Position numbers and translations under genes: made by a program
Source: a virus
Virus record (IMG/VR): IMGVR_UViG_3300033182_000538
Location: 1-64,000 of that record
DNA length: 64,000 nucleotides
Reading direction: 5' to 3' (one strand)
Notes under the pieces: model-generated
Told to the model about the DNA's origin: nothing
Databases searched by the model: none
The model's input: only the letters and a program-made list of their open reading frames with translations
Part shown: in pieces, positions 1 through 9,545 of the stretch
Layout of the letters: every line of letters starts with the position of its first letter
Position numbering within the stretch: position 1 is the stretch's first letter

Positions 1-1203
1 ATCTTTAAAAGAAAGTTTCTTCCAAGTTTTGTAATCTACAAATTCAACAGCATCATCGGTTTTGTAGTATCCAAAGTGAAGTTTACCTTTACCATCGGAG
101 AATACAGTTTTACCAACTACATCGGCTTCGTTTACTGATTCGTTCATATATTTCTTCCAATCAGAAAATTCAGGTGCTTTATCGACGGACTTTGCGTTTC
201 TCATCAAATCTTTGTTTTGTTCACCACTTCTTGGATTGGCGATATCAGATGCGAATTTGTTTTTGATGTCTACATAGAAGTGTCTACCAAAGTAATCTAT
301 GATGTAAGCGCCTTTCTTACCCTTGAACGTGTCGTATTCGTTATGAAGTAATACGCCGGGAACTTCTAATCCGATTCCCGAATGTCCTGAAATATATTTG
401 ATTGGTGTGTCTTTGGTTAATTGATAGTAGTTGTGTCCTCTTTGTGGAGTAATCATCTTTTCATCAATACTCTCTTTTTTAGAAAACTTGTCTTTCAATC
501 TTTGAACAAGTGACTTTGCTTTTCCGTGAGCAGGGTGTTGTTTGTCCTTCAATGCGGTTGTTACTCTTACATCCTTTTTAGTTTCAGGATTCTTTACCTT
601 TTGGTCAGCAATTGCCTTAGCGACCATCATATGAACGGCAAAGTTTTCATTTGTGTTTTCCATTGATTCTCCAGCACATTGTTTCCAACCACCGCCGGCG
701 GCTTTGTATTGTTTAGATGCCCAACCATTTGCGTATGCGGATGGGTATACATCAAACTTTTGTTTTGCCTGTGATTTGTAGTAAGACCACTTAGAAGCGT
801 CAGTAGGACAATTCTTTTCATCAAGTCTTTCACCCTCACTCACTAATGACTCTTCTAATGATTCTTTTAGTGACATCAATCTATTTCCAAATGACCCCCC
901 AATTGACATACTCAAGTAAAATGCGAATGCGTCAATGATGTCGTGACCATCCCACTTTGCCATTTTAGCAATATCTATACCCTTATCTTCAATTACATCT
1001 TCCATTGGAGTGCCAATGTATTTCTTACTAGCTTTTGGGAAGTACTTACCTAATTCTTTAGCTTCACTATGGAAGTTAGCATCAGTTAATGCTCCTCTCA
1101 TAACTAACATCACAGCTTCGTGGTGTTCTGGTGAGTTTTTCTTAGTATCTCTAAAATACGAGTCTAAATACTTTTTAACTTTTTTATTGAGTTGAGGATT
1201 CAT
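1..1203 (-). CDS. Partial (runs off window) multi-domain protein, probable head-packaged polyprotein
   Basis: Not in ORF track because it has no stop in the window. Manual translation from ATG at 1203 (MNPQLNKKVKKYLD...) is open to position 1. Contains FDVYPSAYANGWASKQYKAAGGGW and Glu-rich linkers. Confidence 0.8.
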   Translation of the reverse strand, partial: MNPQLNKKVKKYLDSYFRDTKKNSPEHHEAVMLVMRGALTDANFHSEAKELGKYFPKASKKYIGTPMEDVIEDKGIDIAKMAKWDGHDIIDAFAFYLSMSIGGSFGNRLMSLKESLEESLVSEGERLDEKNCPTDASKWSYYKSQAKQKFDVYPSAYANGWASKQYKAAGGGWKQCAGESMENTNENFAVHMMVAKAIADQKVKNPETKKDVRVTTALKDKQHPAHGKAKSLVQRLKDKFSKKESIDEKMITPQRGHNYYQLTKDTPIKYISGHSGIGLEVPGVLLHNEYDTFKGKKGAYIIDYFGRHFYVDIKNKFASDIANPRSGEQNKDLMRNAKSVDKAPEFSDWKKYMNESVNEADVVGKTVFSDGKGKLHFGYYKTDDAVEFVDYKTWKKLSFKD

Positions 1204-1211
1204 AGTACTCC

Positions 1212-1511
1212 TTAGTTGATATATGCGTTAAGTTCAAACCCGTTCTTCATACCATATACTGAAATCTGAAGTGCCTTTCTTTGTGGTTTACCACCTTTGA
1301 GTAGACCTACTGTAAACTCGTGGGTCTTACCTTGGCTTGGTCTTGATTTGATGTTTCTACCACCCATTACGATTTGAGAGTTCCAATCATCTTCATCGAT
1401 TTCATATCCTCTCTTCTCGGCCATCTCCTTTGCAGCTCCTGCTGCTGAAGTAAATGTCTTGTGGTATACTTTGTAATCTGCTTCGTTTAATAAGTCTTTT
1501 AACTTAATCAT
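1212..1511 (-). CDS. Hypothetical protein with MIKLKDLLNE leader (probable internal head protein)
   Basis: Track ORF 1212..1583. Start moved to 1511, directly after the upstream stop at 1513. LxE-type propeptide. Confidence 0.7.
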   Translation of the reverse strand: MIKLKDLLNEADYKVYHKTFTSAAGAAKEMAEKRGYEIDEDDWNSQIVMGGRNIKSRPSQGKTHEFTVGLLKGGKPQRKALQISVYGMKNGFELNAYIN

Positions 1512-1512
1512 A

Positions 1513-1923
1513 TTATGCCCCAGTTTTTGAGTATGTAGGTTTTTTACCCTTTGTACGATTTCCACCTTTTTTAGAATCCCCACCCTTTTTTTGTGCGGCT
1601 CTTTTTCTTCTTACGAATGATGCTCTTCCCTTTGGGCCGAGTTTAGCGGCTTTTTCAGCAGATAAACAAGCAGCGTATGCGCCGCCCCTTTCACCATCAC
1701 CACACTTACCTAACTTCTGACCATCGCTTCCGTATCTATCCCAACCACCTTTGGATGTACCACCTGAACCACCTTTACCAAACCATTTACGAAGGTCTTC
1801 AGTCATTACACCTTCTGAACATAGTTTTTCATATACATCAGAAATGGTATACTCCATAGCTAATGTATGAGGTACACCATCGGTTTTATATGATTCGTAA
1901 GTTTCTTTAATGAATTTCTTCAT
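1513..1923 (-). CDS. Conserved basic phage protein (EDLRKWF...KCG...CL...RRKR type)
   Basis: ORF; motif pattern recurrent in T4-like aquatic phages. Confidence 0.7.
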   Translation of the reverse strand: MKKFIKETYESYKTDGVPHTLAMEYTISDVYEKLCSEGVMTEDLRKWFGKGGSGGTSKGGWDRYGSDGQKLGKCGDGERGGAYAACLSAEKAAKLGPKGRASFVRRKRAAQKKGGDSKKGGNRTKGKKPTYSKTGA

Positions 1924-2503
1924 TATCGGTCTCCAGCTTTTGGATAAAGTTTTCTCTAAATAATTGAAACTCGTTATCTATTTTCTTTTCCATCTCATCC
2001 CACGACATACCATCCCATTCCTCAACAGAACCATCCTCGTTGATGAATTTAGCATTTAATGCTGCTTTCAAAGCTTCTTTTTCAAGCTCAGCTTGTTTTA
2101 ACCAAGCAGTCGCATTGTCTAATATTTTCTTTCGTTCGTACTCTTTGAACTTACCTTCGATTTTGAGTTGATGTTCCATATCAATCACACAATCGAAACA
2201 CATTCCGTGAATGGCCTTCATTTTGTGGTCATTACGTTTTGGGTTCGTACAAGTACAAACTTCTTTTGGACACTTTGAGAAAGTGTTAAGTTCTTTTCTT
2301 AACTCTGAAAGTTTACCAAGTTTTACTTTGTATCCTTTCTTTTGTTCCCAAGTGTTCCCTTCATCATCAGTCCATCGTTCACCGATTTCCCTCTTAACAA
2401 AGTTTTTAGTCTCACCAAATCCGATTGTGGTTTTAGTTTGACTTTTATGTGTTCCAGCAATCATTTCTTTGACTGCTTTGATGTTTTTTAATTTTTTAGA
2501 CAT
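1907..2503 (-). CDS. Hypothetical protein with Cys/His cluster (CPKEVCTC...HGMCFDC)
   Basis: ORF in operon context; putative Zn ligands. Confidence 0.7.
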   Translation of the reverse strand: MSKKLKNIKAVKEMIAGTHKSQTKTTIGFGETKNFVKREIGERWTDDEGNTWEQKKGYKVKLGKLSELRKELNTFSKCPKEVCTCTNPKRNDHKMKAIHGMCFDCVIDMEHQLKIEGKFKEYERKKILDNATAWLKQAELEKEALKAALNAKFINEDGSVEEWDGMSWDEMEKKIDNEFQLFRENFIQKLETDNEEIH

Positions 2504-2539
2504 AACTCTAATTTAGTTCAATATATAAATATACAAAAA

Positions 2540-4867
2540 TTAATAGAAAAGTCCAAGGATTTGATTAAGAGATGCAAACGTACCTGTTAACTTCATTGTG
2601 TATCCCTTGTAAGTAAACACAATACCTTCGTTTGGTACAATCTTATCTCTACCACCAACAGCGGCCAATCTTTCCAATTCCATTTTTAATTTTGCTATCT
2701 TTTTAGCATCACCTGATTTCTTAACATCCTTAATTGTTTGGTCTAATCTTTTCTGAATATCTCTAAGTGCTTTCTCAGGATTTACAGTTAATGCTGAAGA
2801 CATAAATGATAATACCTCTGCGCCAACTCCTAAGAAAATATCTTCGAACTTTCTCATATTCTCTTTAGCAATTCTAGCGTGGTCTTGTTTATCAGTCTTC
2901 TTCGCCCAATCTAATGTTTTAGTATCAGAAATGTTTTTCTTATCTAAACGGAATGACTTATCGTAAAATGCCCATCTACGAACCAATCCCATTTTTGTTT
3001 TATTATCTAAAGTTGATGGTGAATTTTTATCTACATAAGATTCCCACCATCTTTGGTGATACTCAGCAACACCATCTGAATCTTTCAACTTGAATTCTTT
3101 TTGAACTTTAGATAGTTGTCCAAAAAACTTTGATTTTAATTTGGATAATTCTTGATTTTGTGGTAACTTTACAACAGGTGGCCCTTGGATTGTATATTTG
3201 TCTTGTACATCCGCGTTCACTTGTTTAATCATACCAGCCAAGATTCTCGCATCAGAAGTATCAGCTCCGATAGCTTTTCCGCTCTCATCATATTCCATTG
3301 TTCCGTGGAAAACTAATAGCGGTTGACCATAAGGTATTACGTTTACTGACTCCGGCCAGATGACTTCGATGTTCATAAATTTTGAACCATCTTTGAAGAC
3401 CTTTTTTCTTTGTGCATCTGAAAGTTTTGAAATCGCTGATTCCAAATCTCTCATAGCGAAATTATACGCATCGGTCAACCCTCCTCTATTAGCAAACTTA
3501 TCTGAGACACCTTTAATGTCTAATGCGTTAAGTCCTCTATCCTTGAGGTGTGATTTATTTCTTGCAGCGATGATACCCCTATCTTTTCTATATGAGATAG
3601 CGAGTGCTTGTCCATCGGTTTTTTCTCGTGTAAACTCTAACTTACCATTGAGTGCCCCATCGATGATTAATTTTAAATCACCAAATGTTAATCCCAACTC
3701 AGTATCAAATGGGTGATTCATATGACCATATGCACCACCTTCGTTTAGAACACCTTCTTTTAAAAGTCCTTCCATATGAAGTTCTTTTTTCTTTAACTCT
3801 TTTGCCTTTTGTTTTTCAGTATCAATTTTTGGAGTAAGGTTGTCAAGTTCTTTTGGTTCAGCAAACTTAACAAATTGCATACCTAAACGAAGAGCAACTC
3901 TTTTAATGTGTTTTGCCCATTTTCTATAACCAGGACGACCTGTAATGTCTTTACCATATCTTTTAGACTGACCATCCATCGTATCACCCGTTGGGAAGAA
4001 TGATACACCTAAACGACCTGGCCCTTTAGGATACTGAGTATCTCTGAAGGATTCCATAGAATCATCATCCATTAGATATGATATAATTTCCCAACCCAAT
4101 TTTTCAGTTACTTCTTCAGCTTCTTTTCTGAATGTATTCATATTACCATAGAAAGCACCCGGCCCATCATCTACAATACCTTTACCACTTACTGGAATCT
4201 GAGATGCTTCGTTGATTAATTCATTCATATCAAATGTTTGAAGAAATGATTCCATTACCGATTCTACTTTAGCAATACGATTGGATACTAAATCAAAAAT
4301 CTTTTGGTTGAATTTTGGATATACCGACTTGAAGAACTTCATTCGTTTCTTCTCATCGGGGTCAGACATCCCAGCTCTTACTTCAGTTCCTGATATACCT
4401 TTACCTTGTGGTGGTACGATATAAACATATCCTTTATCAGCAAACCCTTGTGTTACATTGTCTTTTTTATATGGGTCAAAGTATCTACCTTTACCCATAC
4501 CCAATCTACCTGCGTCTTTTTGACCTACAACTGTTATGAAGGCTGTGGTCTTTTCATCAAATGATTGTAAGATTTCTTTTGGAGCGTATGGATTCTTTAC
4601 TTGGTATATTTTATTTTTTGGGATACCAAACATAGTAGTCATTATCTGAACCTTTTCCTTGAAACGGAATGGTGACTTTGGTAATTGTACTTTATCGGAT
4701 GTACCAATATACACATTGTCTTTACCAAACTTTTTTACTAAATGTTGATATACTGCGTTATGGCCTGAGTGGAAAGGGTGGAATCTTCCTACATAGGTTA
4801 CGACTGTTTTCTTTATGTCTTCAGTAAGTATTGATTCCAATACCCAATCTTTAATCAGTTTTCCCAT
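2540..4867 (-). CDS. Fusion: HxGH nucleotidyltransferase (NadM/NMNAT-like) + ATP-dependent ligase-like domain
   Basis: N-term GRFHPFHSGH and ISGTEVR. C-term EKTDG (motif I), NIEVI, LVFHG, NEGIVF (motif IV), MKLTG (motif V). Confidence 0.75.
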   Translation of the reverse strand: MGKLIKDWVLESILTEDIKKTVVTYVGRFHPFHSGHNAVYQHLVKKFGKDNVYIGTSDKVQLPKSPFRFKEKVQIMTTMFGIPKNKIYQVKNPYAPKEILQSFDEKTTAFITVVGQKDAGRLGMGKGRYFDPYKKDNVTQGFADKGYVYIVPPQGKGISGTEVRAGMSDPDEKKRMKFFKSVYPKFNQKIFDLVSNRIAKVESVMESFLQTFDMNELINEASQIPVSGKGIVDDGPGAFYGNMNTFRKEAEEVTEKLGWEIISYLMDDDSMESFRDTQYPKGPGRLGVSFFPTGDTMDGQSKRYGKDITGRPGYRKWAKHIKRVALRLGMQFVKFAEPKELDNLTPKIDTEKQKAKELKKKELHMEGLLKEGVLNEGGAYGHMNHPFDTELGLTFGDLKLIIDGALNGKLEFTREKTDGQALAISYRKDRGIIAARNKSHLKDRGLNALDIKGVSDKFANRGGLTDAYNFAMRDLESAISKLSDAQRKKVFKDGSKFMNIEVIWPESVNVIPYGQPLLVFHGTMEYDESGKAIGADTSDARILAGMIKQVNADVQDKYTIQGPPVVKLPQNQELSKLKSKFFGQLSKVQKEFKLKDSDGVAEYHQRWWESYVDKNSPSTLDNKTKMGLVRRWAFYDKSFRLDKKNISDTKTLDWAKKTDKQDHARIAKENMRKFEDIFLGVGAEVLSFMSSALTVNPEKALRDIQKRLDQTIKDVKKSGDAKKIAKLKMELERLAAVGGRDKIVPNEGIVFTYKGYTMKLTGTFASLNQILGLFY

Positions 4868-4900
4868 ATTAATAAGTATTTGTTTTAACTATTAAACACA

Positions 4901-7900
4901 TTACAATTCTTCTTGGACTCTCATTATTAGAGCTATGTCATCAACCGATAAATTCACGTTACTGACTTGTATTTTCAACATAAGCGTATCACCCGCTTGG
5001 TAACTTACATATGATGATAATACAAGATTACCGCCGCGGTCACCATTATACCAACAGGGTATAAGATTCTGATACCCTTGGCCTAAGATAAATTGTTGGA
5101 CATTATTTTTCCAAATTCCAACTCTAAGATATCTACCAGATAACCCACCACTCACAACATCACATTGCCCACTTAAATGTGTAATTTTTCCACCAATTGG
5201 CATTCTATAACCTTGACCATTTGTTACTCCGTTTACTGTTGTAACTTCTGTGAACGAAGATGCATTATTAAAAGTTGGGTTATATCCATATTGTAAATAT
5301 TGTGAAGACCCACCCCAAAATGATTTGTATTGAGATGAAGATTTACCAACTGAATATATGTCTGTGGTTAACGGATAAATGTTACTTGATGATACTGCGT
5401 TTTTGTCTACAAAAAACTTAGTGGTACTTCCATCAAATAATTGCATCTTTCCATTCATATAGAAATCTTTCCAATATCGTTGGAATCCTTGATACAATGA
5501 ATTTTCACCTAAACTATATATACCACTTTCCTCTGGAGTTATATTACCATTTATTACCATTACAGGTTGAACGCTATTCGATGTAGTTATTTCACGACCA
5601 GTTATTGCTACCTTATTGTTTACAGACAACATACCAACATTTAAAGATGTAGAACGTACACCTTTTACTATTCTCATTTCTGAGAGTTTGATTTGTGTTG
5701 CAACACCCGGCGAACCACCACCAAGAATAGTTTTTTGATACCAAGATACTCGTATTCTAAATACATCAACAATTGATGGCGCATAACTTGTAACAGTTCT
5801 AAGAGTTTGTGATAATGGTATATCGAATTGTAAAACGTGTTTTGGATTATTTGATATTTGTTCAAAAGTACCTAATACAGTACCACCTTCAGTTAAAATT
5901 TCAGCTCTAACAATAAATCCAAATCCATCCCAGTTTCCACTAAAAGATGCGTCAAATTGTAGTGTTAACACATCTGATAATGTTATCTCTTGACCTATAA
6001 CAATTGGGTCAGAAGTAATACCAATTCTATAATTCTCACCTATGTTCGAAGTATCCATATACCGTGGGAATATACCTTGTATTTTACCATTTCTTGGTAA
6101 GTTTCTAAGTATAGGTTTTAAAAACGAAACAGCGTCGTTGAATAATTTTTCAGACCCACTCCAAGAACCAGAGCTCACATATATTGGTTGTTCATAATCT
6201 TCTATATCACCACCCATAGAAAGGATGGTTCTAAATTGCTTTGTACTTTCAATTGAGCCATAATCATTAGCACCCCTTGCTGCATTGGGGCCAATCCCAT
6301 AACCTCGAATTGCTTCAAGAGTTAAAGATGCTGAATAATGTCCTATTTGGTAATTTCCGGATATGGCGCCAACTTCAGCAGTTCTAAATCTATTCCAAAC
6401 ATTTTGACCACCAAATAATTTACCATCACTACCAATTGTATGTTTTGCTACCGCACCAGTACCAACGCCTGAACCAATAACATCCTTCAATTGCCAGTTA
6501 TCAGCCACTGTTACGGCGGGGTTTGATTGTGTTACCCAAGTTTCTACCCAAAGTGGCGCATCTGAAACTGTTATTGGTTCTTGACCTGGATATATTGGAT
6601 AATCTAAAAGAGTACCAGTAGAGCTTCTATATTTCTCAGTTACATTATGTGACCCACTTGCTCCAAGTTGAACATTACCCCCTAATACATTAACATCTTT
6701 AAACGTACCCGTTTCAGCAGTAATATCACCTTTTACAGTAACATCACCAGAAGATGATAAATGGAAGTTAGAAGCACTAATTTCAATATTACCATCCGAA
6801 CCACTAATATAAGAAGCGTCCGAACCTCCGATTTGACCCAATATAAATTTAGATACTCTAATGTCAACTAATGAACCTGTAATCGTAAGTGTATCATTAT
6901 CCCAAACTAATCTATCACCTAATGAAAAGTTTGAAGATGAATCAACATAAAATCCAGTATTACTATTTCCGTGAGTTCCCGTTCCTATGAAGAGTTTACC
7001 AGCCTCCATATTAATACCACCAATAGAACCCGTTCTAGCGATGATACCACCTTGAAGGAACACGTTATCAGTAGCTATACCAAATCCTGGATTAGAATTA
7101 CCATATACTAAGTCATTACCAGCAATACCACCTAAATCACCAATTCTGGCTTTCAGAGCAACATCGTATAACCCACTACCAGTTCTTTCAACAATATCAA
7201 TAAACGGAGTTGAAGTATCATTTGGATTAGCGTTCATTTTTATGTAACCAGTATTCAACTTACCAGTTGATACGATTACTTGACCATCTTCATATGCTTG
7301 AGCGGCAGATGCAAGGTCTCCAACAAAATTTCCTATTGCAGATTCCCCACTACCATATGCACGAGTAACCATTATTCGACCGTGGGTTTCATCTTCACCA
7401 CTATTGTCACCATCGATAGAGGCTGAATCTAATAAAACGTATTCAGTTTGGAATCCAGTACCATCAACACGTTTAATTAAAAGAATTTCACCTTGAGAAA
7501 ATCCACTAGCATTTTTTACTGACATAGTGGTTTCGGTAGAAAGTACTGAACCTGTGATTGTAGTAGCGTTTGCTATCCATAGCTGACCACCTACAGCGTT
7601 TACTGATTCTTTTTCAAATGTAGTTGTTCTTAACGTACCTCTAATTCTTACGTTTTCAAATTCTGCAGTACCATTACCCTCAGAAGATATTTTCCAACCC
7701 TTTAATCCACTAGCAAAATTTCGTGTTTGTAGAATACCCTCGGGTCTCATTATAAGATTACCACCTTCAATTGAACCTGTTGTAATATCCCAACCACCAA
7801 TTGAGGCTGATACAAATCTTGCGAAACCATCCGACTTAATAGATGATGATGCATTTGCTTCAGTAGATGGTGCTCCATTTACAACCGCCGGAGTTCTTAA

Positions 7901-9526
7901 ATTATCAACACTTAAATCTGATAAGATTGTAGCGTTAGCCCCAATAATCAAACTACCATCACCACCATTTGCCGCAGGGTCTAAGTGGAAAATGGATGAA
8001 CTAATTTCAATATTACCATCCGAACCACTAATGAATTGTGTATTTAAAGTTCCTACAAAAAACTTGTCTGTTTTAACATCTAGCAATCCACCATTTTCAG
8101 TTGTAAAGATAAAGTGTCTATCATCATTGTCACCAATCATCTGCATACCAACACCATTTAAGGTATCAGCACCAACTTGTAGATTACCACTACCAGAGTA
8201 GAATATGAATCCACCTGGCCCAAGACCTAACGAAGCTGATGTTTGTCCATCAAATCCAACCGACCTAATGAATCCACTACTTGCACCACCGATTTCAATA
8301 CCACTACCTAATGCGTTTGATATAAAGATAGAACCCGTTATGAGAGAGTTTTGTCCACCAATATATGAATTAGCCCCTTCAAAGATTACATCTTCAATTA
8401 AGATAACACTATCGGATATTTCACCATTCTTATTTAAGAATTGAATCCTAAGTGTTTTTGGGTCACCAATATGTTTTGATGGAATCTTTACCTTATACGT
8501 TATATTTGTATCAGTTGTAATTCTCGTGTTGGCTAATATTTCAAAATCACCACCAAATCCTTTTGATTTGATTGAAGTGTTTAGACTATAAACATTACCA
8601 AGAATTGGTGATAAGTTTGGAATTGTGATATTAGCAACCGCTTCAAAGTTTTCAGTTGATGCGTTTGAAGCCGATGAGAAGAATATAATACTACCACTAA
8701 TATCAGCGGTATCTGAGTAAATATATGTGTGTGTAGACCCATCACCTCGTGGGTCACTTGCTGTAATTGGTGCGACTAATCTAATAATATCACTACCACT
8801 AATAGCTTTTATACTACCCGTATAATCGGTTGGTTGACTTGTACCTTTCGATTGTGGGTATAATGTTATGTCTGATAAATCTAATCTAATTTCACCATCA
8901 ACCATTTCACCTGTAAAGTTTGAGCCGAAAGACCCACTTCGTTGTAATGAAATGTCTTCACCATAATTTGATTTTATATATTTTACTTTTGTAGATTGTG
9001 TTGTCAATGATATACCATCAGCGGTTTGTGGTATACTGCTATACGAATCTAAACTAGCAGAACACGTTGCCGTTGGTAGATTTGGCGATTGAAAGATGAT
9101 TGGAGCGATTGATGGCTCAGTAGGTCTAATTGGTATACTTCGTGTCCATCTAACTAATTGGTTGTCTCTTGTTATACCGACAATAACAATAGTACCAACT
9201 CCTTGTGGAGTGTTTTCTCTCGAAACATCTCTACCTGAATAAATCCATACTGTAACTAATCGTGACCCATCAGTAGCTTGATAGTTTGGTATTTCGTGAT
9301 ATATCGCGTTACCCTTAGAATCGAGTACTTCTATTTTAATTTCAGAATTAGGTGCAAGTAGGTCTGAATCAGAACCTAAAATTCTAAATGCGTTCTTACC
9401 ATTCCCAAAATATTCTGGAATAGAAGATACCCTAAAGTAATCAGGGGAATTAGCAGATGTGTCAATTACACCTGCTTCGTATCTTAGTAAGTTTTGTTTA
9501 CTACGCTTCTTGTACTCTAATGCCAT
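4901..9526 (-). CDS. Large virion structural protein, tail fibre/baseplate-associated
   Basis: 1541 aa, Gly/Ser/Thr-rich beta repeats (e.g. ISGSDGNIEIS twice, SIGGWDI, GWKISSEGNGTAEFENVRIRG). Confidence 0.7.
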   Translation of the reverse strand: MALEYKKRSKQNLLRYEAGVIDTSANSPDYFRVSSIPEYFGNGKNAFRILGSDSDLLAPNSEIKIEVLDSKGNAIYHEIPNYQATDGSRLVTVWIYSGRDVSRENTPQGVGTIVIVGITRDNQLVRWTRSIPIRPTEPSIAPIIFQSPNLPTATCSASLDSYSSIPQTADGISLTTQSTKVKYIKSNYGEDISLQRSGSFGSNFTGEMVDGEIRLDLSDITLYPQSKGTSQPTDYTGSIKAISGSDIIRLVAPITASDPRGDGSTHTYIYSDTADISGSIIFFSSASNASTENFEAVANITIPNLSPILGNVYSLNTSIKSKGFGGDFEILANTRITTDTNITYKVKIPSKHIGDPKTLRIQFLNKNGEISDSVILIEDVIFEGANSYIGGQNSLITGSIFISNALGSGIEIGGASSGFIRSVGFDGQTSASLGLGPGGFIFYSGSGNLQVGADTLNGVGMQMIGDNDDRHFIFTTENGGLLDVKTDKFFVGTLNTQFISGSDGNIEISSSIFHLDPAANGGDGSLIIGANATILSDLSVDNLRTPAVVNGAPSTEANASSSIKSDGFARFVSASIGGWDITTGSIEGGNLIMRPEGILQTRNFASGLKGWKISSEGNGTAEFENVRIRGTLRTTTFEKESVNAVGGQLWIANATTITGSVLSTETTMSVKNASGFSQGEILLIKRVDGTGFQTEYVLLDSASIDGDNSGEDETHGRIMVTRAYGSGESAIGNFVGDLASAAQAYEDGQVIVSTGKLNTGYIKMNANPNDTSTPFIDIVERTGSGLYDVALKARIGDLGGIAGNDLVYGNSNPGFGIATDNVFLQGGIIARTGSIGGINMEAGKLFIGTGTHGNSNTGFYVDSSSNFSLGDRLVWDNDTLTITGSLVDIRVSKFILGQIGGSDASYISGSDGNIEISASNFHLSSSGDVTVKGDITAETGTFKDVNVLGGNVQLGASGSHNVTEKYRSSTGTLLDYPIYPGQEPITVSDAPLWVETWVTQSNPAVTVADNWQLKDVIGSGVGTGAVAKHTIGSDGKLFGGQNVWNRFRTAEVGAISGNYQIGHYSASLTLEAIRGYGIGPNAARGANDYGSIESTKQFRTILSMGGDIEDYEQPIYVSSGSWSGSEKLFNDAVSFLKPILRNLPRNGKIQGIFPRYMDTSNIGENYRIGITSDPIVIGQEITLSDVLTLQFDASFSGNWDGFGFIVRAEILTEGGTVLGTFEQISNNPKHVLQFDIPLSQTLRTVTSYAPSIVDVFRIRVSWYQKTILGGGSPGVATQIKLSEMRIVKGVRSTSLNVGMLSVNNKVAITGREITTSNSVQPVMVINGNITPEESGIYSLGENSLYQGFQRYWKDFYMNGKMQLFDGSTTKFFVDKNAVSSSNIYPLTTDIYSVGKSSSQYKSFWGGSSQYLQYGYNPTFNNASSFTEVTTVNGVTNGQGYRMPIGGKITHLSGQCDVVSGGLSGRYLRVGIWKNNVQQFILGQGYQNLIPCWYNGDRGGNLVLSSYVSYQAGDTLMLKIQVSNVNLSVDDIALIMRVQEEL

Positions 9527-9545
9527 TCATAGACTCCATCATATA

